From NCBI GenBank assembly GCA_046483675.1, contig JAWOCT010000065.1:21499-85498 (forward strand): a DNA stretch of 64,000 bases, in the 5' to 3' direction. Each line of letters begins with the position of its first letter. Position 1 is the first letter of the stretch. This DNA is from Cyclonatronaceae bacterium (GTDB taxonomy: Bacteria > Bacteroidota > Rhodothermia > Balneolales > Natronogracilivirgulaceae). Shown here piece after piece: positions 8,884 through 18,989 of this stretch. Under the pieces are notes generated by a model. It did not search any database. It was not told the origin of the DNA and saw only the letters and a list, made by a program, of their open reading frames with translations. The position numbers and the translations under genes were made by a program.

Positions 8884-10764
8884 TTAACCCACCTGCTTCT
8901 TATTCCAGTAAGAAGTGAGACGCTCGACAAGATCATTATTGACATGCGTGCTGATCGGCACTTCGATAACCGTCAGCTTTCGCTGTTCCATGCTCCGCCG
9001 CAACAGCCGCTCAAAATGCTCGGTGGATTCAGCACGATGCCCTTCAACTCCGAAACTCCGTGCAAAAGCGGGGAAATCGGGATTGCCGATCTGTGTGCTA
9101 ACCGAGTGTTGACGTGACAACTGCTGCTTCCAGCTTATCAGTCCATAGTCGTTGTCGTTGAACACGATGGCGGTAAATGCCACATCCAGTCTCCGGGCGG
9201 TTTCCAGATCCTGGGCATTCATCATGAACCCGCCGTCGCCCATGGCTGCTACAATCTGTCGATCCGGTTGATGCAGGGCGGCAGCTATGGCCCCCGGGAG
9301 AGCAATGCCCATGCTGGCCAGACCGTTGCTTATCAGGCAGCCATTGGGACAATAGGTGGGATAATTTCGGGCAATCCACATTTTGTGGGTACCGACATCA
9401 CTGATCAGCAGACCGTCATCCTCCATGACCTTTCTTATAACATGCAACGAACCGGGTACGGTCAGCACGTCGTCATCGGCCGGCCGGCTGGATTCCAGAT
9501 CCTTCCTGATGCGATCGCGTACCGGTTCGAACCACCCCTTTTCCATGCTACGGAACAGCTCATCACCCGTCGACTCGTCATCCCGGCCCGAACTGCCGAA
9601 CTGGTGCGAGATGCCAGACTTTTGTGAGGTGCCAGGCTTTTGCGAGGTGCCCGACTGGTGCGAAGTACCGGTCCGGTGCGAAGAAGTACCCAATTTTTGA
9701 AACGTATCGTGCCAATGCGAACTTGCGTGCTCATCTGAATTTCCCCGTTGTTGTGAGTGCTTAGGGCTGTGCGTCCGGTTCAGTTCCCAGAGTGCTGCCG
9801 AAATATCACCCACAACTTCCACATCCGGATCGTATTCGGCATATACTTCAGCCGGGTCAAAGTCTATATGGATAATCTGTTTGGTCCTGCCCTGGTTCCA
9901 TTTTTCGGGAGGATATTCCGCGATATCGTAACCCACGGTAATGATCAGGTCGGCTTCTTCGAACGCCTCGGCGATGTAATCGCGGAATCCGAGGCCGATA
10001 GCACCAAGCGAGAAGTCGGACCGGTCGGAAAGCGCCCCTTTGCCCATGAAGGTGGACGCAACCGGTATCTCGTGACGTTCGGCAAATTCGGTGAGATGCT
10101 TGCTGGCCAGCTTGCGGATGGCCCCGTTTCCCGCCAGTATCAGGGGACGCTCTGCCTTTCCGATCAACTCCACCGAGCGGAGGAGCGCTTTGTAGTCCGA
10201 CGCCGGACGACGCGGACGCTTCGGCTCCATCGGTTTCATGGATGGATCCACTTCCAGGTCGGCCACATCTTCCGAAAGCTCTATGTGGGTGGCGCCGGGT
10301 TTTTCCTGTTCAGCCTCGCGAAAAGCCTTGCACACCATTTCCGCAACCACTTCCTGCGAGGTCACCGATCCGTTCCACTTTGTGATTGGACGGAACATGT
10401 TCACGATATCGATTTTCTGATGGCTTTCGTGGTGAAGCCGATCCAGTCCGCCTTGCGCGGTGATGGCAACCAGCGGCGCCTTGTCAAGGTGGGCGTCGGC
10501 CACACCGGTGATGAGATTGGTGGCACCCGGACCCAGCGTACCCATACAGACCCCCGCCTTGCCGGTCAACCGGCCAAAGACATCGGCAATGAAGGCCGCT
10601 GCCTGTTCGTGTCGGCACGGTACAAACGTGATCGATGATTTCTCCAGTGCAAACAGCAGACTTTCGTTTTCTTCGCCCGGCACCCCAAAGATGTGGCTCA
10701 CCTCTTCCTTTTCAAGACATTGTACAAATAGTTCAGCGACCGTCATGGTTACGTGGTTTGGCAA
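8884..10764 (-). CDS. thiamine-pyrophosphate enzyme, acetolactate synthase (AlsS/IlvB)-like, with a large repeat insert
   Basis: N-terminal TPP_N (FGVPGEEN, GPGATNL), central domain, and C-terminal TPP-binding MGDGGFMMN...NDNDYG. A ~75-aa low-complexity insert sits between the central and C-terminal domains. Confidence 0.8.
   Translation of the reverse strand: MPNHVTMTVAELFVQCLEKEEVSHIFGVPGEENESLLFALEKSSITFVPCRHEQAAAFIADVFGRLTGKAGVCMGTLGPGATNLITGVADAHLDKAPLVAITAQGGLDRLHHESHQKIDIVNMFRPITKWNGSVTSQEVVAEMVCKAFREAEQEKPGATHIELSEDVADLEVDPSMKPMEPKRPRRPASDYKALLRSVELIGKAERPLILAGNGAIRKLASKHLTEFAERHEIPVASTFMGKGALSDRSDFSLGAIGLGFRDYIAEAFEEADLIITVGYDIAEYPPEKWNQGRTKQIIHIDFDPAEVYAEYDPDVEVVGDISAALWELNRTHSPKHSQQRGNSDEHASSHWHDTFQKLGTSSHRTGTSHQSGTSQKPGTSQKSGISHQFGSSGRDDESTGDELFRSMEKGWFEPVRDRIRKDLESSRPADDDVLTVPGSLHVIRKVMEDDGLLISDVGTHKMWIARNYPTYCPNGCLISNGLASMGIALPGAIAAALHQPDRQIVAAMGDGGFMMNAQDLETARRLDVAFTAIVFNDNDYGLISWKQQLSRQHSVSTQIGNPDFPAFARSFGVEGHRAESTEHFERLLRRSMEQRKLTVIEVPISTHVNNDLVERLTSYWNKKQVG
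9601..9690 (-). repeat. 18-bp tandem repeat, 5 copies, in frame within the TPP enzyme
   Basis: Units ctggtgcgagatgccaga, cttttgtgaggtgccagg, cttttgcgaggtgcccga, ctggtgcgaagtaccggt and ccggtgcgaagaagtacc. On the coding strand they encode GTSSHR-TGTSHQ-SGTSQK-PGTSQK-SGISHQ. Confidence 0.9.
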
Positions 10765-10837
10765 TTAAACTGGTAGAATTATGTATGCATGGATGGATAT
10801 GTTGGTCGGCCAGCGCTTGAGTTTGATTCCCAATGAT

Positions 10838-11497
10838 TCAGCTTGATTCCTGGATCACACTGTCCAGTACCTTGCGAAAATGAACCAGCTCATCTTCATT
10901 TATCGTATGGCCCAGTCCCGGGTAGATTTTTTTTGTGACCCCGGCTCCCAGCCGTTCGAAGAGATCTGCCGTTTCATGGACCCGCTCCTCCGGGATGTGA
11001 TGATCATAGTCGCTGCACCCCAGAAAAACCGGTGTACGATCCATATCGCCATTGTAGCGGTCCTGTTCAACCTCCGGACCGATTACACCGCCGCTCAGCG
11101 CGACCACGCCGCCGTACCGGGCCGGATTCCGCGCAGCAAATTCCAGTGACAGACAGGCACCCTGGGAAAATCCGGCCAGTATGATCCTGCCTTTCGGGAC
11201 ATCGGCGTCTTCGATGCGCTCAACCAGTTCCGAGAGCATTTCCAGGGCCGAGCTCAGTCCGGGTTCGTTCTGTTCAATCGGTGCCAGGAAAGAGAATGGA
11301 TACCAAGTGTAATGGGCCGCCTGAGGAGCCAGCCAGGCTGCTTCCGGCCTGTGAACCTCGTCGGCGAGGGTGAGTATGCTCTCTGCAGAGGCACCCCGGC
11401 CATGGAGCAGGATTACCGCTGTTGAGGCCTGATCCAAGGCAACGCCCTTTTCGATAACGGGTTGCCCCTGGTGCGGTTTTGAAGTGTCATCGAACAT
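10838..11497 (-). CDS. phospholipase/carboxylesterase-family alpha/beta hydrolase
   Basis: 219 aa; LLHGRGA, nucleophile elbow GFSQGA, and a late HTI(N) His region typical of the Abhydrolase_2 family. Confidence 0.8.
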   Translation of the reverse strand: MFDDTSKPHQGQPVIEKGVALDQASTAVILLHGRGASAESILTLADEVHRPEAAWLAPQAAHYTWYPFSFLAPIEQNEPGLSSALEMLSELVERIEDADVPKGRIILAGFSQGACLSLEFAARNPARYGGVVALSGGVIGPEVEQDRYNGDMDRTPVFLGCSDYDHHIPEERVHETADLFERLGAGVTKKIYPGLGHTINEDELVHFRKVLDSVIQESS

Positions 11498-12165
11498 GAT
11501 ATCTGTTTGATATTGATTTTATGCGATTATTTATTTCATGCGGCTATTGTTTGTAAACATGCTACCGGTAATAACGGGAAGCTTTCCAAGCGAATTCCAA
11601 TAGCCGTCGATGAAGATGTCCGATATCCTCATGTTTTCAGGAAAATTACTCGCGATGGTCAGACACTGCATCACAGCCATGAGCCCTGAATATCAACGGA
11701 TAATGGTTTACACCGCTTCGGCGTGTGAAAAAGTGGCGTGGAATGTGTATGGTGATGGAATCAAGGTGTAAACAGATTTTGCCGGCTTGTCAAATGCAGC
11801 TTATTTTTTAACATCGATGCCATTGCAATCATTCATGATCCATGTGCCGTGGCACTGACCAAGCTTTACTTCCACATTGCCCTTTTGCCAATATTACGTA
11901 CCTTTCTTGTCCGGCCGAACCAGCACGGCCAGGAACTATGGTTAGTCAGAACGTACTATTTGCTCTCGCCTGTTTGAGTGCCCCGGAATCCCAAAACAAT
12001 AATGCCATGACACCATTCAAGAACCTTTCTTCAAAACGCCTGCGGCTTTTCTTTTTGCCCGATTCCAATTTTCGTCTGGCAGATGGAAAACGACATATTG
12101 ACAAATCGGATCCCCTGCTGACCGGTATGCCAGGCAACGAAAGGACCACAACACCATTTGCTGCT

Positions 12166-15087
12166 ATGACTTACACCCTGCTTGCCCAGGCACTGCCGGC
12201 ATTTATGCTGCTGTCCTTTGTCTTTCTTGTATCACCGGCTCCTGCCGCGGCACACACTCCGGACCTGGACCGGGAACAGCCTGATGACGACTACTGGACA
12301 CCGGCCGATATCGTCCGGCAGGAATCGGCCAGTCAGTTAACTTTTTCGCCGGACGGGACCATGGTCGCCTGGGTGAAATCACGAAATTCCACTGAAAAAG
12401 ACCGCAATGTAACCGACCTGTACCTCACCCGGCTGGACCAGAAGAACGAAGACGATACCGGAACTTCATCCGATGACAATAATTCATCACCATACCTCAC
12501 CATTCAACTGACCCGTTCCGAGGAATCGGACCGGAATCCTGTTTTCTCGCGGGACGGCCGGCTGCTCTACTTTCTCTCCTCGCGGGAGGATGGAAAAACA
12601 TTGTGGGCAATGAATCTCTATGGCGGCGAACCGTACGAAGTCCATGCGTTTGACGAAGGCCTGAGGAGCATCCAAATTCTCGACGACGGCACCCTGCTTT
12701 TTGTCTCGGCAGAGGGCGACCTGCTCATTGAGGCAGAGCGTAAGGAGCGCAAGGACAATACCCGGGTCATTGAGGATACGGTGACATTCAAACCATCCCG
12801 CCTGTTTTCGTTTGACCCGGATTCCAAACGGATTCGAAGGCTAACGGACAACCAGCATCCGATTAGCACGTATGCGGCATCTGATGACGGGCGCTGGGCC
12901 GTGACCGGACATACGCGCAGCCCGCATTACGGTGCCGATGCCCAGCCACCCCCTTCCTACTACTTTTGGGATCTGGAATCTGGCAGGCGAATCCGGATCC
13001 TGCAAGGGCTGCAGACACCAGGCAGTTTTGCTTTCACCGAAGATCACAAAGGTTTTTATTTTACGGCGGTAAGTTCATCCGATCCCGAATGGAGCGGGGC
13101 CGGCATTTTCGAACTTTATTACGTTACCATTCCTGATGACCTGGATCTGGTGGATCATCAGGATCGTGAATATGCCCGGGATCATGAAAATACCCGCAAT
13201 GATGAAAATACCCGGGATGATGAAAATACTGTTATGCTTGAGCCGGTTAAGGTCCATCTGGACTGGGAATGGGCGCTCAGTTCGGGATTCAACGTGGTTG
13301 GCAACGATGTACTGGCCTCCCTGGCCAACGGTCCAACGCGTATCCTGGCTCATTATGAACGCCGTGGCAACGGCGAGTGGCGCAAACGCCTGGTCGACAC
13401 CGGAAAATACGATGAACGCGTTTCCGTAGCCGCTCTGGCAGAAGACCACAAACAAGTGGTCTATGTGCACGCAACCGCATCCACCCTGCCGCAATACCGG
13501 ATCGGTGAACTGGATGTCCGTCGCCGAAGCGCCCGGATCAGCGAAGGCGAACACCTCGTCCGCCTCAACACTGCACTGAGCAAAAAACATATTGCCGACA
13601 GCGAGATCTTTCGCTGGACCGGCGCAGAGGACAACGAGGTCAACGGTATCCTCTACTATCCCGAAAATTACGAGCCCGGTCGGCGCTATCCCCTGGTGGT
13701 GGCGATCCGCGGCGGCCCTGCGGCCGTAACACTCGACTGGTGGAACATGAACTGGGCTTACTTTCCGCACATCCTTTCTCAAAAGGAATCGTTCGTGCTC
13801 ATGCCCAACTACCACGGCTCCTCCAATCACGGTCTTGAGTTCGTCGAGTCCATAAAAGGCCGCTACTACGAGCTTGAGCTGGTGGATATCGTAAATGGAA
13901 TTGAGACGCTGCACGAAGCTGGCAAGGTAGACAAGGATTCGCTGGGAGTAATGGGCTGGTCTAACGGGTCCATCCTGAGCATTGCCCTTTCGATAGAGCA
14001 CCCCGACATGTTCAAAGTGATCGGCGCAGGGGCCGGCAACGTCAACTGGGTTTCGGACTATGGTACCTGCCAGTTCGGGGTTCGCTTCGACCAGAGCTAC
14101 TTCGGCGGCGCTCCATGGGACAGCGCCGACGGCACCTTTTACAACCGCACCTATATCGAAAAATCACCCATTTTCCGCATGGAACGCGTCAAGGCCCCGA
14201 CCATTATCTTTTTTGGAAGCGAGGACCGCGCCGTACCGAGGGACCAGGGCTGGGAGCATTATCGGGCATTGCAGCAGCTCGGCAACGCTCCGGTGCGCTT
14301 TCTCTGGTTTCCCGATCAACCGCATGGTTTGCAAAAACTGACCCATCAGCGACGCAAACTGGAGGAGGAAATCGCCTGGTTTGACCGCTGGCTGTTCGAA
14401 ACCTACGATGAGCCTAACCGCGCCTTCAAGGATGACAGCCCGCTGGCCGGTCTCTTCAAGCGCGACAGTCTGGCCATCGATGACGGGTATTTCGGTCTGC
14501 GCAACAGTGACCGCCTGATTCCGGAAGTTGTACCGGTGGGCGAGGATACGATTGCCATCGGACGCTTTGCCGTGACCAATATCCAGTATCAGGAGTTCGA
14601 TTCCACCCATACTTTCCACCCGTTGCAAGCCAATTATCCGGTCCGCAATATCCGTGTGGATAAGGCCCGCGCCTATGCCCGATGGCTTGGTGAATATACC
14701 GGAAACACGTATCGTTTACCCAACGCAGAAGAAACACAGGCCCTGCACCGTATCGCGCATCGCGCCGGACCACGTCAGAACACGCTGAACCGTCTGGCCG
14801 GTTTTGACATCACCATCGACGAGGTCGGCCTGCTGCGGCAGAAGATGGATCTGCTTGCCGCCGAACAGCTGATCCGCGAAGTCGGGTCATTCCCGCCTGT
14901 TAAAGTCGGCGAGGCCGAAATCTACGATCTGGGGGGCAATGTAGCCGAGTGGTCGGATGCCGGGTCCGATAATGGCAGATCTGTCTACGGGTACAGTGCG
15001 AGGGATTTTGTGGATACGGCCGATCCCGGGAGCCGGGAGCTGGATCCCGAATTCACCGGATTTCGCGTGATCCGGGAGGCAAACTGA
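12166..15087 (+). CDS. secreted S9 (prolyl oligopeptidase family) serine peptidase fused to a C-terminal FGE/SUMF1-like domain
   Basis: The Met at 12166 gives the signal peptide MTYTLLAQALPAFMLLSFVFLVSPAPAAA. This is followed by a TolB/propeller-like region and an S9 catalytic domain (GVMGWSNGS, FGSEDRAVP, QPHGL). The last ~190 aa carry FGE-sulfatase hallmarks: VTNIQYQEF, PVRNIRVDKARAYARWLG, YRLPNAEE, GNVAEWSD and GFRVIRE. The ORF stays open upstream to 11842. Confidence 0.85.
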   Translation: MTYTLLAQALPAFMLLSFVFLVSPAPAAAHTPDLDREQPDDDYWTPADIVRQESASQLTFSPDGTMVAWVKSRNSTEKDRNVTDLYLTRLDQKNEDDTGTSSDDNNSSPYLTIQLTRSEESDRNPVFSRDGRLLYFLSSREDGKTLWAMNLYGGEPYEVHAFDEGLRSIQILDDGTLLFVSAEGDLLIEAERKERKDNTRVIEDTVTFKPSRLFSFDPDSKRIRRLTDNQHPISTYAASDDGRWAVTGHTRSPHYGADAQPPPSYYFWDLESGRRIRILQGLQTPGSFAFTEDHKGFYFTAVSSSDPEWSGAGIFELYYVTIPDDLDLVDHQDREYARDHENTRNDENTRDDENTVMLEPVKVHLDWEWALSSGFNVVGNDVLASLANGPTRILAHYERRGNGEWRKRLVDTGKYDERVSVAALAEDHKQVVYVHATASTLPQYRIGELDVRRRSARISEGEHLVRLNTALSKKHIADSEIFRWTGAEDNEVNGILYYPENYEPGRRYPLVVAIRGGPAAVTLDWWNMNWAYFPHILSQKESFVLMPNYHGSSNHGLEFVESIKGRYYELELVDIVNGIETLHEAGKVDKDSLGVMGWSNGSILSIALSIEHPDMFKVIGAGAGNVNWVSDYGTCQFGVRFDQSYFGGAPWDSADGTFYNRTYIEKSPIFRMERVKAPTIIFFGSEDRAVPRDQGWEHYRALQQLGNAPVRFLWFPDQPHGLQKLTHQRRKLEEEIAWFDRWLFETYDEPNRAFKDDSPLAGLFKRDSLAIDDGYFGLRNSDRLIPEVVPVGEDTIAIGRFAVTNIQYQEFDSTHTFHPLQANYPVRNIRVDKARAYARWLGEYTGNTYRLPNAEETQALHRIAHRAGPRQNTLNRLAGFDITIDEVGLLRQKMDLLAAEQLIREVGSFPPVKVGEAEIYDLGGNVAEWSDAGSDNGRSVYGYSARDFVDTADPGSRELDPEFTGFRVIREAN
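13180..13233 (+). repeat. 18-bp tandem repeat, 3 copies, in frame
   Basis: gatcatgaaaatacccgc / aatgatgaaaatacccgg / gatgatgaaaatactgtt, encoding DHENTR-NDENTR-DDENTV inside the propeller region. Confidence 0.85.
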
Positions 15088-15126
15088 CACCCGGCATGCC
15101 AGCAGAAAGCAGATAATCGCCAGGGA

Positions 15127-15984
15127 TCACACAACCAGTGACCGCAACCATGCGATCTCGTCAGCCCAGTTTACCGGTTCGGTCGTCTCCAGAATCATCG
15201 GAAGACGATTGAGCCGGTCATCATTCATGATCAGGCGGAACGGCTCCTCGCCCATGGTGCCCTTTCCCAGCGGCGCGTGACGGTCCACCCGGCTTCCCAG
15301 AGCCGATTTGGCGTCATTGAGATGCAGCCCGCGCAGCATCGACAGACCTAAGATCCGGTCGGCCTCATTCATGGTTTGCCGGTATCCTTCCGGTGTAGCC
15401 ATGTCGTACCCCGCGGCATGGGCATGGCACGTATCGATGCAGAATCCGATGCGGCTGCGATCCTCCACCTGGTCTATGATCTCGGCCAAGTGCTCGAAAC
15501 AGTGGCCGAGATTGCTGCCCTGTCCAGCCGTGTTCTCCAGCACCACCGTTACCCCGCGGGTCTTGTCCAGCATGATGTTCACCGTTTTAGCGATACGCGA
15601 CAGGCACTGTGTTTCACTGATCTGTCGCAGGTGGCTGCCGGGATGGATATTGAGTTGCGGGATACCAAGCTGCTCGCAGCGTTGCATCTCATCGAGCAGG
15701 GCTTCCCGTGACTTTTCGATGCCGGCTCGTTCGGGATGACCGGGGTTGATCAGATAGCTGTTGTGCGGGAGGATGCGGTCGGCGGTGAAGCCAAGTTCAC
15801 TGCATCGTTCGTTGAATGCCGCAATATCCGCATCCTTGAGTGGTTTGGCCCTCCACTGCCTCTGATTTTTTGTAAACAGGGCAAAGGCATTGGCTCCGAT
15901 GGCCTGCGCGTTGACCGGTGTATTCTGCACGCCGCCAGCGGCGCTTACATGCGCACCAATCCATTTTCCCGATGCAACTTCCAT
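15127..15984 (-). CDS. nfo: deoxyribonuclease IV (endonuclease IV)
   Basis: [39 protein letters not shown] and LHLNDAK motifs; 285 aa. Confidence 0.93.
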   Translation of the reverse strand: MEVASGKWIGAHVSAAGGVQNTPVNAQAIGANAFALFTKNQRQWRAKPLKDADIAAFNERCSELGFTADRILPHNSYLINPGHPERAGIEKSREALLDEMQRCEQLGIPQLNIHPGSHLRQISETQCLSRIAKTVNIMLDKTRGVTVVLENTAGQGSNLGHCFEHLAEIIDQVEDRSRIGFCIDTCHAHAAGYDMATPEGYRQTMNEADRILGLSMLRGLHLNDAKSALGSRVDRHAPLGKGTMGEEPFRLIMNDDRLNRLPMILETTEPVNWADEIAWLRSLVV

Positions 15985-16121
15985 AGCTCTCCTTTAAAAT
16001 ACATTCCCAAGACAGCAGTGGTCACTTCATCCCGACACACCCGAAACAAAGATAGCGGACCCTGCGCGTTGACCGGTATCCGCTATCCATACTTCGATTT
16101 TTTTCCCGATGATTCAAAGAA

Positions 16122-18179
16122 TCAATCAGGTATTTCAACGCCCAGCTCTTCGAAATCAAGGTAGAATGAAGGCTTTTCGGGTTCTTCTTCCAGCAGATAG
16201 GTTTCGAACCACTGCAGCATGCGCAGATGGTAGTCAAATCGTGACGTGGACCGCGTGTTTCCATGCCCTTCACCCGGATACCAGACCAGACGCAACGGCA
16301 CTTCGGGCTTGCGCACTTTTATATGCCTGAACAGCTCAAGGGATTGCGCGGGATGAACCCGGGTATCATCCTCGCCGTGCATGATCAGCAGCGGGGTCTG
16401 TGCGTTGTCCACATGATAGATCGGACTGCGTTCGAGATTCCACTGCCAGTTATCCCATAGGCGCTTTCGGGAGTGCACCAGGAAGAGCTCCTCGGGGATA
16501 TCGCTGGTGCCCCATTTGGAGATGTTGTTGCTGATGCCCACGAACATCACACCGGCCGCAAACCGGTGGGAATAGCGGGTCGACATCCAAGCTGTGGCAT
16601 AACCGCCATAGGAGCCGCCGGTCACACCGACACGATCTCCGTCGGTAATCCCCTGTTCGATCAGGTAGTCGACACCATCCACGATGTCATCAAATTCGGC
16701 ACCGGCCAGATCACGCTGACTTGATTTGATGAATTCGAGTCCACGGCCCGTGCTGCCCCGGTAGTTCGGATAAAAAACGGCAAACCCCCTATCGGCGGCC
16801 ACCTGTCCCGGAATGGAATAGGCGGTAAGCCAAGCATTGCTGTAGTGGGCTTCAGGTCCGCCGTGTACAGCCACGATGGTGGGATAGGGTCCGCCGTTTT
16901 CCTCAACCGGATAGATGAGCAGACCTTCGATATTACGGCCGTCCCGTGCTTCATAATTGACCACGACCTGGCGCCCCATCGGGATATCGTCAAGCCAGTT
17001 GTTGCTGACAGTCCGGCGTTCGAGCACATCGCTCCCGGCCGGCTTCTCGTAGATCTCGGATGGATGCTGCGGGGTCTGTTTGGTAAAGACGACCGTGCCG
17101 TCTGCCGCGTAGTTGAAATTGGTGAGTTTGCCCTCTTCGATGTGCAATATGCGGGTAAATCCGTCGCCATCAGCCTGGATCGAACCGTAGGTCGTGGCAG
17201 TACTTTCGCTGGCCAGGAACCGGATGAGCCCGTCCTGTGACCAGGTTATATGTTCAAATTTTCCGAGGAAATCAGGATAGATATTCTCCGGGGTGCCGCC
17301 TGAGGCCGATACCACCATGATACGCCCGTCAATGGAGTCGTGGATGCTGTTGCCCGCACGCAAGGCCAGCCGGCGGGCATCCGGACTCCATTTGATCTGC
17401 GCCAACTTGCCTTCATTGTCGATTTCGTTACGTACCCGGGCTGAAGCGGCATCGATGACCTTGACCTTCTGAAACATGTAGTAATCATCGATATTGGGAG
17501 TCGGCGTCTCGGAGATGGCGATAAGACTTCCATCCGGGCTCCACTCCATCAGATAGACCGAACCTTCAACCTGTATGCGACGGGCCTGGTCTTCTGTGGC
17601 CTGCAAATCCACGATGAAAGCTTCCCGGTGAGGCATGTATTCTTCATATACGGTGGGCTCGTAAGGCAGCGGATTCTCAAGGCTGTCGAGCTGCTCCCGG
17701 GAAACCACGGAAACGATGTTGCCGGATGGATGCCAGCTGTACGCCATAATGCTCGCGTGGTGATGGTACAACCGGGTAATCTGCCCGCTTTCGGGATCGA
17801 GTTCATACAGAGCGACAGAACTGTCCTCCTCCCCGCGGGTCGAGAAGGAGAAGGTATTGTGACCGGGGCGGATCTGCAGGTTGCCGGGCCGGCTCTCCAG
17901 CACCACTTCACTGGTTTCACCGGTTCGGCGGTCCATGACATGCAGTTCCAAACCGGCCCGTTCATTGCTCTCCATGGGATCCCGGGGTACCACTTGCGTA
18001 TAGACAATGAAATGGCCATCATTGGATATCAGGGCAGTACCGACATTTTTTATTTTAGCTATGTGCTCCGGCGTCAGACCTTCGGCCGCTGCCACACTGG
18101 AAAACAACGGTATAAATGCAAAACACCCTATCAGCATGGCGCCCATTAGCATTCTGTAATCAGCTATCTTTCTGTTCAT
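16122..18179 (-). CDS. S9-family serine peptidase (acylaminoacyl-peptidase / dipeptidyl-aminopeptidase-like), exported
   Basis: N-terminal signal peptide, a propeller region, then the catalytic domain with GVTGGSYGGY, HGEDDTRV and GEGHG. Confidence 0.9.
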   Translation of the reverse strand: MNRKIADYRMLMGAMLIGCFAFIPLFSSVAAAEGLTPEHIAKIKNVGTALISNDGHFIVYTQVVPRDPMESNERAGLELHVMDRRTGETSEVVLESRPGNLQIRPGHNTFSFSTRGEEDSSVALYELDPESGQITRLYHHHASIMAYSWHPSGNIVSVVSREQLDSLENPLPYEPTVYEEYMPHREAFIVDLQATEDQARRIQVEGSVYLMEWSPDGSLIAISETPTPNIDDYYMFQKVKVIDAASARVRNEIDNEGKLAQIKWSPDARRLALRAGNSIHDSIDGRIMVVSASGGTPENIYPDFLGKFEHITWSQDGLIRFLASESTATTYGSIQADGDGFTRILHIEEGKLTNFNYAADGTVVFTKQTPQHPSEIYEKPAGSDVLERRTVSNNWLDDIPMGRQVVVNYEARDGRNIEGLLIYPVEENGGPYPTIVAVHGGPEAHYSNAWLTAYSIPGQVAADRGFAVFYPNYRGSTGRGLEFIKSSQRDLAGAEFDDIVDGVDYLIEQGITDGDRVGVTGGSYGGYATAWMSTRYSHRFAAGVMFVGISNNISKWGTSDIPEELFLVHSRKRLWDNWQWNLERSPIYHVDNAQTPLLIMHGEDDTRVHPAQSLELFRHIKVRKPEVPLRLVWYPGEGHGNTRSTSRFDYHLRMLQWFETYLLEEEPEKPSFYLDFEELGVEIPD

Positions 18180-18263
18180 GATTCAGAGGGGTTGTGATGA
18201 TTGGTAAATTGTAACAAAATTGCCTATAGATACGGATTTTCACATACTATTTCAGCCACAAAC

Positions 18264-18296
18264 AAAAAAACCCCGCCTCCGGTCAGGGAAACGGGG
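18264..18296 (-). terminator. rho-independent terminator downstream of the response regulator
   Basis: The minus strand reads CCCCGTTTCC-CTGACC-GGAGGCGGGG followed by TTTTTTT: a ~10-bp stem including G-U pairs, 34 bp after the stop. Confidence 0.65.
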
Positions 18297-18329
18297 AAGC
18301 GAATCGAGGTCTTTGTCGCTTTTGCCTGA

Positions 18330-18989
18330 CTATAAAAAAAATACGCCCGGTTTAATGAGTTTCCTTGAAATTCCTTTGGCAATGGCTTCCGACCGGGAAT
18401 TGACCTGGAGCTTCCGGTAAATATTGCGGATGTGGTATCGGACCCCGTCCACCGACAGATATATTTCTTTTCCGATAGTACTGTACGAATCACCGGTAGC
18501 GAGTTTTTCAAGGATCTGAAGCTCCCGATCAGACAGTTGCTCTTCGCTGCCCGACTGATGAAAACTCCCGATCACCTTGCGTGCGATGTTGGGGGTGATG
18601 GGCGATCCGCCCTCCCAGGCGTCCCGTATGGCTGCAACGAGTTCATCCGGACTCACTTTCTTCTCCAGATACCCCATGGCACCGGCTTTGAGGGCATCGA
18701 AAATATGCTGATCGTCATCAAAGACCGTAGCCATGATGACCACCATGTCCGGATGATGTTCCCTGATGTACCGTACCCCTTCGATCCCGCTCATGCCCGG
18801 CAGTCCGATATCCATGATAAGCAGCTGAACCCGTTTGAAGGCGTCAGACCTGAACGCCTCTTCGCAGGAACCATATGCCCCCACCACATTCAGGTCTCGT
18901 TGCGACGCGATGAAGGCCTTCCAGCCGTCACGCATGTATTTGTTATCCTCGATTATGCCGACATTGATTACGGCTGTACGATTTTTCAT
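18330..18989 (-). CDS. NarL/LuxR-family response regulator (REC + HTH)
   Basis: The Met at 18989 gives MKNRTAVINVGIIEDN. The receiver has LLIMDIGLPGMSG. The C-terminal LuxR HTH has LSDRELQILEKLATGDSYSTIGKEIYLSVDGVRYHIRNIYRKLQV. Confidence 0.9.
   Translation of the reverse strand: MKNRTAVINVGIIEDNKYMRDGWKAFIASQRDLNVVGAYGSCEEAFRSDAFKRVQLLIMDIGLPGMSGIEGVRYIREHHPDMVVIMATVFDDDQHIFDALKAGAMGYLEKKVSPDELVAAIRDAWEGGSPITPNIARKVIGSFHQSGSEEQLSDRELQILEKLATGDSYSTIGKEIYLSVDGVRYHIRNIYRKLQVNSRSEAIAKGISRKLIKPGVFFL

Noticed and set aside
11842-12165. Upstream 108-codon extension of the S9-FGE ORF, and similar extensions of acnA (23104), ssb (52375), acyP (33451), the response regulator (19055) and prmA (62846).
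   Set aside because: Internal Met codons give canonical N-termini, either signal peptides or conserved first motifs. The upstream extensions have no homology-like features.
14655-14663. Perfect DnaA-box 9-mers (TGTGGATAA at about 14655; TTATCCACA at about 60393) and near matches (about 383 and about 44938), considered as a sign of a replication origin.
   Set aside because: They are isolated, lie inside coding sequences tens of kb apart, and are about as frequent as expected by chance. There is no clustered box array, AT-rich unwinding element or dnaA/dnaN context.
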